Assembly: GCF_001194135.2 (NCBI RefSeq)
Contig: NC_068985.1
Span: 4,311,191-4,348,813, forward strand
From: Octopus bimaculoides
Lineage: Eukaryota
Length of the DNA stretch: 37,623 bases
Direction of reading: 5' to 3'
The position numbers and the translations under genes were made by a program. The notes below the pieces were generated by a model that did no database searches, was not told the DNA's origin, and saw only the letters and a list, made by a program, of their open reading frames with translations. Of this stretch, positions 10,290 through 23,087 are shown in pieces. The stretch's first letter is position 1, and the number at the start of each line of letters is the position of its first letter.

Positions 10290-10700
10290 TTACAAATAAA
10301 TTACATAGACTGGCGTCATTCTATGCTTTCTTTGCAAACATTTCTCTAGAATAAGCTACGTTCTACGGTGCCAGTAAGCAATGGCCAAGTCAATACTTAA
10401 AGATTCACAAATGAAAAACGCTGTAAGCACTCTCCCTTCTTTCCTGGTCCCAAGAATAATATTAAATACCTCACAATATTTTCCCTAATCCCTACGCCTA
10501 ACTGTTCTGCGATTAATTCTGATATCAACGCACTATCAGTAATCAAATCCACCTCTATGTTTTCTGTGGTTTTCTTCAGATGGATCACCGAGATATTCTA
10601 CATACCAAAATTAGAACACTCTCTCTCCTCTGTCTCACGAAGATTATGTTCAAAAATTCATTTTGTTTTCACCCTCAACATACACTCCCGAACTCGGGGT
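10290..10700 (-). pseudogene. Degenerate Tc1/mariner transposase N-terminal fragment
   Basis: TTENIEVDLITDSALISELIAEQLGVG resembles the mariner HTH region (ENIE.V..lI..d.r.ti.elAe.lgis). Confidence 0.5.
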
Positions 10701-10868
10701 CTTGGGGTTAGTAACCACTACACCATATGCCCGTGGCGTAGTGGTTAATGATAATACCATCGGGAAAATACCTTAGGAATGAGAACCCAGGTTCGAAATT
10801 CCCTCAGGATACCTGATGAAGGCTGGAGAGTATATCAACCGAAACATTGTGTTAACAACAAACAACAC
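10685..10868. mobile_element. Foldback tRNA-head / hammerhead element, locus B (opposite orientation, truncated)
   Basis: Centre ccatatgcccgtgg (10723-10736) is flanked by aaccactac/gtagtggtt. CTGATGA is at 10813 and GAAAC at 10841, with ACGT changed to ACAT. Confidence 0.8.
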
Positions 10869-11526
10869 TATCAGTTCAACATACACTCCTTGTTTGTGTG
10901 TGTGTGTGTGTGTGGGCAGGGAGCCATCTCTGACAACTTTCTTTTAAGCACTAGAAACCATTAGAAACCAGTAGAGAACGCTTGCTGATTGCGCATTATA
11001 TTTTTTTTACCAGCGACGACAGTCACAATATATTTTCTGTTTTCTTTTTTTTTTTTTTTTTTTTTGATAGCTAAGCAAGTTGTTTTTTTTTTTTATTTCA
11101 TCTTCCGACTCTCTTAAACATCACCGTTGCAGGCTAATTATCAACAGAGCTAAATTATTCAGCTCTATTTTTAGATTGGCAAGAATTACAACGTTTGTTT
11201 CCACATTACTGAAACTGCGTTGGGATGCAACGAAGTATTAGTTATGCCTGAAAGAGTATTTAGTTAGACGGAGCTGGTTGGACAATGCTACAAATATCAT
11301 CAGTCCATAAGATGTCGTTATAGATGATTCTAGAATGCGCATTGACTGGTATAATTGTTGTCCACAGCTAATAATAATCATTACTGAAGGTGGAGAGTCA
11401 TTAAAGATCGAAGTAACTGAGAGTTTTCCTTACAGAAATGTCAGAAATCGTCACGTAATTACTGCTTCCATGTTAAGTATAATTTACTTCTAATTAGTAA
11501 TTATTCTTAATACTTTTAATGTAGTA

Positions 11527-11745
11527 AGGCGGCAAGCTGACAGAACCGTTAGCACGCCGGACAAAATGCTTAGCTGCATTTCGTCCGTCTTCACGTTCTG
11601 ACTTCGAATTCCACCGAAGTCGACTTTACCTTTCATTCTTTCAGTGGTCAGTAAAATATATACCTGTTATACACTGGGGTCTATATAATCGACTTATCCC
11701 CACCCCCGGACTTGTCTTTATGCCAAAATTTTCAGTCAATATTTC
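11527..11745 (+). mobile_element. SINE-B (tRNA-derived)
   Basis: ggcggcaagctgacagaaccgttagcacgccgg...gtcgactttacctttcat..., the same family as 32947, 34952 and 37283. Confidence 0.88.
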
Positions 11746-12085
11746 TTATATAGCAATGTGCGGCTCTCCTTTTTTAGATGTGTTTTATTCAAAAGACTTA
11801 ATTATTGGGGTATTGCTTAAATAGGTTTATTAATAGGGTTACTATTGGGGTAGAAGTTGATAATTTGAAAATGTACGTTGAGCTACACGTTGAGTAACTG
11901 AACGGATCTTTTATTCAAACAAGTTAGAAACCATCGAGTCATTTCCTCACAGACGGCTGACGCGCATGCTCTTATTTCTTCCACACTCTCACACACTCTT
12001 CCTCTCTCTCTTCCTCTCGTTCTCTCCCGATTTTTCTTTCTCCCCCCCCCCTCTACCTCTCTCTCTCTCGGCTTATGCTTAAACT

Positions 12086-12410
12086 GGCTCTCCGTCGGTT
12101 TCGACGACTCGTGTTCCAGTTGGTCCGATCAACGGAACAGTTTGCTCGTGAAATTAACGTGCAAGTGGCTGAGTACTCCACAGACACGCGTATCCTTAGT
12201 GTAGTCTTCAGTGAGATTCAGCGTGACACAGAAGGTGACAAGACTGGTCCCCTTTGAATTACAGGTACCATTTATTTTCGTCAGCCGAGTGGACTGGGGG
12301 AACACGAAATGAAGTGTCTTGCTCAAGGAAACAATACGTCTGCAGGAATCGAATTCACGACCTTACGATCGTGAAGCGCATACCCTAACCCCTAAGCCAC
12401 GCGCGTTCAC
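12086..12410 (-). mobile_element. SINE-C (tRNA-derived)
   Basis: ccagttggtccgatcaacggaacag...gtgcaagtggctgag, with the reverse-strand B-box ggaatcgaattc near 12346. Confidence 0.88.
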
Positions 12411-13182
12411 CAGCTTCTGCTACGGTCAGTTGAGTCCCATCAACAACTCAGTCCATCCCGATACACTTGTCTCTCCCCTTTTCTTTATCCCCATATTCCC
12501 TGCCTTCCGAACAATGTGCCCTAAGATTTCATTTTGCCAGCGAAGGAATGAGTTCAAATCTTCTGGGCGCTGCGCCTCTGCCTAAATATGTCGTTTAAAA
12601 TATTCTGTATATGTACGAGTCGTGTTTGTTATTCCCTTACAACAGTTAAATAAAGTTATCAATACACGATTGGGTGCCATTTAGTTGAATGTTTGTAAGA
12701 GCTACAGTTCTGTAGAAGTAGTATGTTTATAATTCTTTCTATTTGAGAGGTAGGACACGGCTTTGATTAAACATTTTGCAGAATCACAAACGTCCATTAA
12801 GCTAGACGAATTCTACTTAAATATGATAGAATTTCTATTATCAAATAATCACGAGAAAGGCTACAAAGTGAAAATCCACTGTGACATGCAAATACCTCAT
12901 CGATTTTACTCTACTTGCTACAGGTATTTCACAACGAATTATAGCAAAGCTTTTTGCGTAACATTGATAAAAATATTATAGACATCAGAGTCTGTGAAAA
13001 AAAAAAATTGAATCAAGACTTTTATTGAATTAGGACTTTACGAGGCTTTTCATTGTTTAGAATGTCGTAAAGGTTGCGTGATAAAGAAAGTTGGATTCAA
13101 TACTTAATGAAATATATGAATTTTATTTTAGAGCTTTGTTTTAATAGAAGTGTTTTAGCTGAGTTTTTTGTTTTTTTTCCAG

Positions 13183-13205
13183 TTCGAGATGGATTATATC
13201 AGCAG
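13183..13205 (+). other. Candidate 23-nt host-gene microexon
   Basis: ttttttgttttttttccAG|TTCGAGATGGATTATATCAGCAG|GTATGA. All three frames are open. Confidence 0.35.
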
Positions 13206-14189
13206 GTATGAAATAATATAGCCACAGATAGGAAAAATATACATACTACACAGAACTAAACGTAGACTGGACTAAGGAAAATTGTTACGATAACTTGAAT
13301 ATTACTAAATAATATAAGGCTTGCAGGAAACAATATGAAGCAATACAAAACCCGAAGCTTATAGTTAACAATCAGCCTTGATCATGCAATCATCTTAAGT
13401 TTTACTTTCAAGTATTCGATTTTGCTATGAGGCTTTTCTTAATCTCGATTAGAAACACTAAAACCCTTTTCTGCACAAAACAAGTAACTTAATTATTTAG
13501 TCACGATTCACTCTCTGCTTTGTATTTTAACACGAAACTTAATCTTCGAATCAAAGAGCTTGAACATCATCACTCGATTTACTGGGAATGGCAACAAAAT
13601 CTCTCTCAATTCACGTCTATACAGTCTCAAAAAAGGTAAGACAACTTTAGATATTGTGATTCTACAGACTCTAAAAAGTAGGAGACAGTCATGAGTGGAG
13701 TGGCGTTGATAACATGTATACTCGGTAATCTAAATCAATAAACCAAATTATCCTCAAAACACACCGATATCATCATAGAAAGGAAGGCCACCTTTGGTAA
13801 TATTGATGTTCGTCCAACGGGTGTTTATTCGAGATTCGAGCAAGCTAGATGTAATATTATTGACTTTTTTCTTTACATAATGTCGTGCTGTTTAAGTGGT
13901 CGAATGCCAACTTGCTATGTTTATTCTTATCTATAACGCAGAACTGTATCCATTTGTCTGGACTTGGGTATATAAGGTTTTGTAGAGTGAGCTAAAAGAA
14001 AATAATAAAATGAACAGCAGCTACACAAAGCCAAATGTATGTTTAATTTGTTAATTTATACCCTAAACCCCTGCGTGATGAACTTCTGTGAAGAGAAGAG
14101 ATTCTCGTGCAAGATTAGCGCCACTTTGTCCTCTCTACCTTTCTATCACGTCATCAGTCAACTAAATATTGGTTGGTTTCCAGTATTAA

Positions 14190-14940
14190 CGAACCTTTCT
14201 ACATAATCTCTTGGCTTCTAACTAATTTTCTCAAGGTCACTACTTAACACATTCGTAGGACGTGTTGAAAGCTCCACCGAAGTCAGCCACAAACTGCAAG
14301 ATCTCGGCTCATCCATACTTAGTAAAAATAACTACCGTTTGTGCTTGGACGTTGTTATCCTTTCCAACTCGGTCACAGCAGCCCCGACTATCAACTTTTA
14401 CTAACCGAACACATTGCATCCTCTCACAGCCTTCACTGCTTTAAGCTTGCAGCTCCAGATAGTCCTGAGCTATTAACTACTATAATGGGCAACACCTTCT
14501 TCCAGTTTGAAGGGTCCATTTACAAACAACTCTCTCGATTGTTGATGGGGTCAAGCTCGTGAGGCCTATTTGCTGTTACGTACGTGGGCACTCAGCTGCT
14601 GTAACACCTGTACGTTTTTTATGCTAGTTATTTGGATGACATCCTCATATTAGCAACATTTTGCCAGGAAGCTGATAATATATACAATATGTTCAACAAT
14701 AATGATGAAGATATAAAATTCCAAGTGCAGCACGCTGATAACCCTGGTTCCTTACCATTGCTTGATGTTAAGCTCAGACTCAGACTCGAACTCGCGACGA
14801 ACGGATCCATATTTCCACTAACTTTGAGAACAAGTGGCATGCAAGGGCCTGCTTCTATATTATAATTCATCCCTGCCAATTAGAGCTAAGATGGCCTACA
14901 TTAGAAATTAAATTCATAGAATTCACAGTAAATGTAGAGA
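14190..14940 (+). pseudogene. Penelope-like element (PLE) reverse transcriptase relic
   Basis: LLTTIMGNTFFQFEGSIYKQLSRLLMGSS and YLDDILIL...MFNNNDEDIKFQV...SLPLLDV correspond to the PLE RT motifs NYF.F.g.iY.Q..GlaMGSpl, YvDD and F.....LpFLDv. Confidence 0.82.
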
Positions 14941-15959
14941 GGCATGAAGCAAAACACCGACACCATATAATTCGTCAATGGTGCCGCATATATGAAGAGA
15001 TTACCGTTTATAATTCTGCGTGATACTACTCACTAAGGGTCTATCGTGAGCGACTCTATCCATTCCTAAGGTGTCAGCAATCATCTCTGATGTCGAACGG
15101 GCAAATGAAGAACAAAAGCCCACACGCTCTAATTAGTTACATCAGAGCTTTTTCAAAAGCTACTGGCCTGGTCTTTCCCCAGTAGTCTTTCGTTTAAGTT
15201 TTTCGTTCAAGTGTGCAACATAAGAATCATCCTCTTCCCCTTCAGTCCAATAAATTATTTCATTCTTTGTGAGTTTGGTTCAATGTAACCATTAGCTTTC
15301 CGTTTACGATTCGAAGAGCTTTGAATCTCATTTCTTTGGTTTGTAGAGGGATTCACACCGAATGTCTGTCTCAATTCTTTTAAAACCACTCACATTTCTT
15401 CTACTCTCATTTTTTTCTTTTCGGAGCCGTTCCCGACGGTTTGCAATTTATGTCCAGCCTCAATTTGCTCCTGATCGCAGCAAAACAAAAGCGCATACTT
15501 CAGCTTCCTGGTCGCTGGTATCTGAGATACGGGTGAGATGTGACATTTTGGTCATCCTCGGAGCTGCGCTGCAACCGGTGGTGGTATAATCCCTTTATAA
15601 ATAACCGTGCTCCTCATCGAAATGGATTGACAATTAAACTCATGACGTCATGTGACGTAACATGACATCACACACTATAAATACACCATAAACTGATAAA
15701 ACAACGGTTCGGTAATTGTGTGAAACTTACAAAACACATTCTGTCGCCGATAACTGTGTAGACCATAATTGGGAGGTAATTAAATTACAAATCAACCCTT
15801 TAGAAATTAAAAATGAAAAAGACAAAAATAATAAAAATTAAACTTTCTAAAAGAGACACAATACAAACAGGAATATAATGTGGAAATATAAATCAAGTTT
15901 GGATATTTACACAACGAGGCAGAAAAGCCGTCATACAACAAAGGAGAAATAAAAGAAAA

Positions 15960-16750
15960 ATGGAAGAGAAAGAAATTGTTGCACGCAAACATCACTAAAG
16001 TAAGCACTGCCTAAGAGGAATCCAGAGAAGAAGGAGAAATGGATGGTTGATGAAATCGTATGGGAAATTTAAGAAAGAAACACTTGAATGGCTGGATATA
16101 GCGCCCTAAGTAAAATGATCTGTTTTTGGACGTAGAAAAACAAAACCGGACAGCAAAATAATCAATGCCGTGAAATTGAAAAACTTAATAACCAGAAGAA
16201 ATCCAAAGTAATGTTTGATAAAATAAAGATCACAGACGACAAATAGATGAGTAAAGAAAGGTTGGTGGGGGCATTAATGTAACATTAAAGAGTGAATGGA
16301 AACGTACTGGTTGATCACGAATAGATTGCATTTAGATAAGTCTGAATAAATAACGGATCTATAAGATGGTGAGAACATACCAACTATGCCTAATTTCGAA
16401 ACTGTTAATGGAAACACGATGTTAAAAATATATATATATACAAGGCAATAAAATGAATCAAAAATTTAAAGGAAAGTGAAGCGGATGCAATACCAGTAAA
16501 CGCATTGAAATCATTCAGATAACGACAATCTCGTTGAAATATGAGAGTCGCGTAATTTGATGAATAAATGTGGACATAAACGAATGGATGAGTAACAATC
16601 TGTCTTTGATCAATTACTAAAGAAACCAAAAATCTCAATTCTACCCGGAATTTAGAAATTAAAAACTAAGACCTGTCAAACACAGAATTACATCCAGAAT
16701 AAACAAAGAAATGAGCTGAGTGCAAATCGTGGAGGAAGGTCTCAGATTAA
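15960..16750 (+). pseudogene. RTE-clade LINE relic, 5' part (linker to early RT)
   Basis: KKEKWMVDEI, CREIEKLN..KSKVMFDKIK and DAIPVNALK resemble the RTE/BovB linker and GPD.IP.E.LK region. Heavily decayed. Confidence 0.6.
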
Positions 16751-16799
16751 ATACATGACTATTAATTAAGAGTTGTTCGCGTTTTGGATAGAAAGACTT

Positions 16800-16905
16800 C
16801 ATTTTGGTTCCTTGCAGCCTGAGTTCAAATCCGGCCGAAGTCAAATTTATACTTCGTTCTTTCGGGGTCAATAAATCGGTATCGCTATTAGACCTGGATC
16901 GGTTC
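16800..16905 (+). mobile_element. SINE-B fragment
   Basis: gagttcaaatccggccgaagtc...ctttcggggtcaataaa. Confidence 0.65.
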
Positions 16906-16924
16906 TTCTCCCTTTCTTTTTACT

Positions 16925-17232
<308 letters not shown>

Positions 17233-17611
17233 TTTCTTTCCCCTACAATAAATCGGCTGTGTTCTGGCTTGGAGAGTGATGAGCTCCCAAATTTAAAACG
17301 TCCGAGACATATCTTTTGTCACGACGGTGCCTCTTTGACTCAGTCGGAAGTTAAAGGTCCCACCACAACCCTCTGTGGAGGACCTCTAGATACAGACCGT
17401 AAATTTTACCGAAGCCTTAGAAATTATATCAAGTTTGCAAAGTTTACAAAGCAAAGATGATTAAGTGTCTATCGGAACGTGGAACATGCGATAAAGGCGT
17501 CTAAATGAGAATGAGGCACACTTCTAAATTACAAAGAACTTCTGGGAACGGCAGCAATGGTAACGAATGAACAGGGGGAAATCTCAGGACTTAAAATTTA
17601 AGAAGGATAGA

Positions 17612-17760
17612 GTGACGAGCTGACAGAAACGTTAGCACACCGGACGAAATGCTTTGCAGCATTTCGTATGTCTTTACGATTTGAGTTCAAATTCTGCCGA
17701 GATCAATTTTGCCTCTCATCCTTTCGGGGTCAATAAAATAAGTACCAGTTGAGCCCCGTG
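17612..17760 (+). mobile_element. SINE-B
   Basis: gacgagctgacagaaacgttagcacaccggacgaaatgc...catcctttcggggtcaataaaataagtaccag. Confidence 0.85.
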
Positions 17761-17769
17761 ATCTGCTGA

Positions 17770-18570
17770 CCTCGTGTCAAAATTTGAAGCCAAAATTCAG
17801 GAAAGAATTAGGCAAGGTTGTGTACTATCGTTTAGCCTAATTAAGCGACACATTAAGAAGATCTTCAGGAAAGCAGAAGACATTTCAAGAATGTTAATAG
17901 GATGTGCGGACATTAACAACGTTAGATGTTCTGGCATTACTGCCTTATTAACTTCCAGCGTAGGTGACCTACGGAACTTTGTAACAATGGTAAATGACCG
18001 AGGACTACAAAGGAATAATTTATGGTAATCATCAAAAGCCAACAGTCACCCACAAGAAATATTTCAAATGGGAAACAGCCACCAAAGATGATACATCTGG
18101 GATATATGCAATGGGAAAAAGAAGAAATTTAAAGTAAAAATCAAACGAAGAATTGGAAGATAGAATGTAAAGCAATATTAATATGGGAAACAGAAAAAAG
18201 GGTTATTAAAGTGATATTGTTGATTCTAATGTATGGAGATGAAGCGTATATATTAACAAAAGTATTATCAAATAAATTAGAAGCCGTTTACATGCGAACA
18301 TACAGAACAATTTTGATAATATGAAGATATAACTCAAAGCCTACGGTTTATTGCGAAGAACGGCAAAAACCAATAGTCATCATCAAAGGGACAAAGCTAA
18401 AATGTTTTAGACACTTAATTAGGGAAAATGGTTTAGGGAGGTTGTTCACAGAAAGGAAAATTAAGAGGGAAAGAGAAACGCAAAAACAAGAATTATGAGG
18501 GCGGATAATATTATGAAGTGGATAGATTAAAAATAAGCGCTTATATAAGGACAGTACAAAGATACAAGAT
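17770..18570 (+). pseudogene. RTE-clade LINE relic, 3' part (RT core and C-terminus)
   Basis: RIRQGCVLS...IGCADINNVRCSGITALL corresponds to GVRQGCvlSP...iGG.nINNLRYADDTaLL. LMYGDEAYILTK..KLEA corresponds to LLYG.E.WTl...kLeA. Confidence 0.8.
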
Positions 18571-18659
18571 GGCGTTTCATGGTATGCAGCCAGCTGAAAG
18601 TGGAATATGCCTGATGAGCATAATAAGGCATATGTGTGTATCCTTTTGGCATACAAATG

Positions 18660-18830
18660 CATATACATACATATATATTATATATATANNNNNNNNNNTA
18701 TATATATATATATATATATATACATACGTACATACAAGCACACACGCTCACGCACATACATAGATACACACTCACACGAACATATATACACACATATATA
18801 TATGTATATATGTATGCATGTATGTATGTA
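18660..18830. repeat. TA/CA compound microsatellite
   Basis: Directly visible. Confidence 0.95.
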
Positions 18831-19149
18831 TAGTAACAAGCTAACACGTTATTAATAATCTTGAGAATCGTTAAATATTGAATGTAACTGTATTAGAACG
18901 GAGTAGAATAATTTATCTGATGGCGGTTGAAGAATTTATCTGACGAAAATACAAAATTATCTGCTATACTTCCTGTTACATGTAGAGAAGTGATAATATT
19001 AGTTTCTATGAGCAAACCGTTTCTAGAACGCTAATTTGGCAGACAAATGGCGACAAGAACTTCCTCGTATAATCCTAACACACGCACCCATCATTCAACG
19101 CGTTTTTCTCAGGTTTTCCTGTGAGGGAGCCTGCTCTCACGCATATTGG

Positions 19150-19194
<45 letters not shown>

Positions 19195-19232
19195 CACACA
19201 CACACACACACACAATCACACACATACACACA
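19150..19232. repeat. (CA)n microsatellite
   Basis: Directly visible. Confidence 0.97.
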
Positions 19233-19334
19233 CCTGGTGAATATCTGAAACAAGATGAAAGCGCTAAATAAATAGTTATCCAAAATTCTGATTCCCTCTC
19301 TTAATATGTAGTCTATATATATATTCTTTTTTTC

Positions 19335-19498
19335 TTTTAACTTGTTTCAGTCATTTGACTGCGGCCATGCTAGAACACCACCCTTAGTCGAACAAATTGA
19401 CCCCAGGACTTATGTTTTGTAAGCCTAGTACTTATTCTATCGGTCTCTTTTGCCGTACCGCTAAATTACGGAGACGTAAACACACCAACATCGGCTGA
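19335..19498 (-). mobile_element. SINE-A 3' half
   Basis: tgtttcagtcatttgactgcggccatgctagaacacc...ttttgccgtaccgctaaattacggagacgtaaacac. Confidence 0.88.
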
Positions 19499-19569
19499 AA
19501 ATTACAAAAGTGATTTCAAGACCCAAGACTTCCGTGTATGGCTCATACTAGGCTCACTTTAAATTTCGT

Positions 19570-20713
19570 TTAACAGTATAAACGTTGCCATAGTAACGAA
19601 GCTAAAGCACGAAGAGTGAAGCCGCTTGGCTGCACAGATTGGCTGTAAACTCTAGTGTGCATGAAAACTAAGTCATAACATTCTAGCTCACTTCCACTAT
19701 TGACAGAAGTGCTTGGAAGGAAGGTGTGTAGCGTATGATCGTCGCATTGACCATTACAGAAGAGGTTGAGCAGAGAATCTGCATTAAAGTTTGCCAAGAA
19801 CTTGCCGGTTACCTGCTCAGAGGCCTACGCAAAGTTTTCAAAAAGTTTTCATCGTTCACGACACAATCAAGATCTTGTGCAACTGAAAACCGAGTGTCTT
19901 TTTGATCAGCTGAAAGCAGTTTTGGCACAAACTTGGCAGACACGCATCTCATACTCAAATCTTCAGTGATAATATACTAAAACTCTAACTTCTATCACTA
20001 ACCACAATTATATTTTTTATATTTATTGTGTGCGAAAGATTAATCTCTCAACGAACAATTATTTGATCAAATCACTTAAATACATCTTTAGAATAAGATA
20101 ACCGTCGTCCACTTGATTTTCATACTCAAATAGAAACAGGAGCCTTATTCATTTAATTTAATATATTATGATCTAATGTGGACAATTAAGATTTCAAGAC
20201 GCAAACTCAAACATTTATAGAACAAATTTTTTTTCATGGTCACTCTATATATATTCTTACTATTATTTTAACACTAATCTGCACGTCCGTTGATAACTCA
20301 CGGATGGTGAATCGACAATTTCCCCTTACAGCTGCTCGCACATCTGCGATGTTTTTCTCAGTTCTGCAGGTTTCGAGTCTCCCAGAACTTTCGTCAATAT
20401 TGACATCTTTTGGCCACTTTTGGTACACTTGTATGCATCTCATACACTCCTCTCCATACACTTTCGACAACTATGCGTAGTCCTCTGAGCAAGTATCGTC
20501 ATGGCAACTTTCTCTACGATGGTCAATACGCAGATCACACGCTACACAAGTACCTTCCAAGCACTGCTGTGAACAGCGGAAGTAAACTAGAAAGCTAAAA
20601 CTTAGTGTGCATACACAGTAGAGAACAAGGTCAATGTTCGCCAAGCAGTTTCAATCTGCGTGTTGTAGCTTCGTTACTATGGCAACAATCTGGATACTTA
20701 TTAACCGGAGCTC

Positions 20714-20716
<3 letters not shown>
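19570..20716. mobile_element. Mariner-derived inverted structure (two transposase 5' ends facing inward)
   Basis: gttgccatagtaacgaagcta (19584-19604) is the exact reverse complement of 20666-20686. The plus arm encodes EQRICIK. The minus arm encodes KVYGEECM...SGRLETCRTEKNIADVR...TIRELS and, after a ~280-bp insert, TEDLSMRCVSAKFVPKLLSADQK. The right terminus is ctcg-TA. Confidence 0.85.
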
Positions 20717-20745
<29 letters not shown>

Positions 20746-21723
20746 NNNNNNNNNNNNNNNNNNNNNNNNNNNNNNNNNNNNNNNNNNNNNNNNNNNNNNN
20801 NNNNNNNNNNNNNNNNNNNNNNNNNNNNNNNNNNNNNNNNNNNNNNNNNNNNNNNNNNNNNNNNNNNNNNNNNNNNNNNNNNNNNNNNNNNNNNNNNNNN
20901 NNNNNNNNNNNNNNNNNNNNNNNNNNNNNNNNNNNNNNNNNNNNNNNNNNNNNNNNNNNNNNNNNNNNNNNNNNNNNNNNNNNNNNNNNNNNNNNNNNNN
21001 NNNNNNNNNNNNNNNNNNNNNNNNNNNNNNNNNNNNNNNNNNNNNNNNNNNNNNNNNNNNNNNNNNNNNNNNNNNNNNNNNNNNNNNNNNNNNNNNNNNN
21101 NNNNNNNNNNNNNNNNNNNNNNNNNNNNNNNNNNNNNNNNNNNNNNNNNNNNNNNNNNNNNNNNNNNNNNNNNNNNNNNNNNNNNNNNNNNNNNNNNNNN
21201 NNNNNNNNNNNNNNNNNNNNNNNNNNNNNNNNNNNNNNNNNNNNNNNNNNNNNNNNNNNNNNNNNNNNNNNNNNNNNNNNNNNNNNNNNNNNNNNNNNNN
21301 NNNNNNNNNNNNNNNNNNNNNNNNNNNNNNNNNNNNNNNNNNNNNNNNNNNNNNNNNNNNNNNNNNNNNNNNNNNNNNNNNNNNNNNNNNNNNNNNNNNN
21401 NNNNNNNNNNNNNNNNNNNNNNNNNNNNNNNNNNNNNNNNNNNNNNNNNNNNNNNNNNNNNNNNNNNNNNNNNNNNNNNNNNNNNNNNNNNNNNNNNNNN
21501 NNNNNNNNNNNNNNNNNNNNNNNNNNNNNNNNNNNNNNNNNNNNNNNNNNNNNNNNNNNNNNNNNNNNNNNNNNNNNNNNNNNNNNNNNNNNNNNNNNNN
21601 NNNNNNNNNNNNNNNNNNNNNNNNNNNNNNNNNNNNNNNNNNNNNNNNNNNNNNNNNNNNNNNNNNNNNNNNNNNNNNNNNNNNNNNNNNNNNNNNNNNN
21701 NNNNNNNNNNNNNNNNNNNNNNN

Positions 21724-21769
<46 letters not shown>

Positions 21770-21794
21770 CACACACATATATATATATATATAA
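21724..21794. repeat. (CA)n-(TA)n microsatellite at a gap edge
   Basis: Directly visible. Confidence 0.95.
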
Positions 21795-22837
21795 TTGAGT
21801 AACTGTAAGTCGCACATTAAAAGTGAGGACCAGTTAGACAAAGGATATCAAATATATCCGACTGGATCCAAATGAAGTCTGCAATCAATCTCTTTTATAT
21901 TTCAAGTCGGCTTCTCTCCGTTTTTGTTTGTCGAATTAGCAATTGATGAAATATTTTCAGCTCCGTCTGTCCGCGCATTCAACGAATCGATAATGTTGCA
22001 TGCGTTTCATTTTCTCAATAGTTTCAGGTTTCTCACATATATATATATATATGTATATGCGTGTGTGTATGAGTGTTTGTCTGTCTGTTTGTGTATATGT
22101 ATGTATGTGTCTGCCTGTTTGTGTGCGAGTGTGTGTATGTGTATATTTTCACTTTTCTCTCTTCCTTTGCTATTCATTGGAAGTCGAGCTTCTAAAGGTT
22201 ATTTTGCACTTCTTTCTCAATATTATTTATATTTTATTCTATGATGCCAATTTTATCCCATAACTATTAGCATATTTATGTCTGTTCATCTTCTATGTTA
22301 TTCGATATTGACCATAAACAATTGGTGCCTGAGCTCAGGTGCATTGCTTCCAACTTAATGTTCTGAGCTCTATCTCTTCTACCGTCTTCACGTATGGACA
22401 CTGAAAATGGAATCAGAATTGTTGTTGGTGTTGTTGCTTTTGTTGCGTAGCCTCAAATCAGGTCCGATCAAGTATTTCATCCATGACCATCACGTATATT
22501 TTCAGACAATTTCTCAAATAACCACATATATACTGTGTCGTTTCATATTCAGTATGGCATGAGGTAATTTGTACGTTATTTCTAGTGCGTCAAACAATCA
22601 CGTAGAGGCACCCTCGTTTGTTCTTCAAATCAAGATAATAATTCTTTGTAATTTTCGAACAAGGCCAGAAATGTTTCAGTGGTGGGGCAGGAGCAAGTTG
22701 ATTGTATCAGATCCAGGACTTCAGTAAACCAGAAGAGAGTCCTAGAGTGTTAACAGGATGTAAGTACATCAACAACCTTCGATATTTCGGGCAATACACT
22801 CAGAAGAGTAGTAAATGAATACATTTGAGCACGGCTC

Positions 22838-23087
22838 TAACATTGGTTTCAGATTTTCGTACACGGCCTCCACTTTTGGTGGGAAGGGAGCAAGTCGATA
22901 ACATCGAACCCAGTACTTATTTTATGGACCCTGAAAATAACTGGTACTTATTTTATCGACCCCGAAAAGATGAAAGGCGAAGTCGACCCCGGAGAAAGCT
23001 GAACTGAGGACGTAATGGCGGACGAAATGCCGATAAGCATTTTATATTTTATCCGGCGCGCTAACAATTCTGCCAGCTCACCGCTTT
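22838..23087 (-). mobile_element. SINE-B with a short internal tandem duplication
   Basis: gtacttattttatggaccctgaaa / gtacttattttatcgaccccgaaa is duplicated. The copy ends ctaacaattctgccagctcaccg. Confidence 0.88.

Noticed and set aside
14135-14160. Minus-strand CTGATGA...GAAA hammerhead-like match
   Set aside because: Only 7 nt lie between the boxes, they cannot form stem II, and there is no stem I or III.
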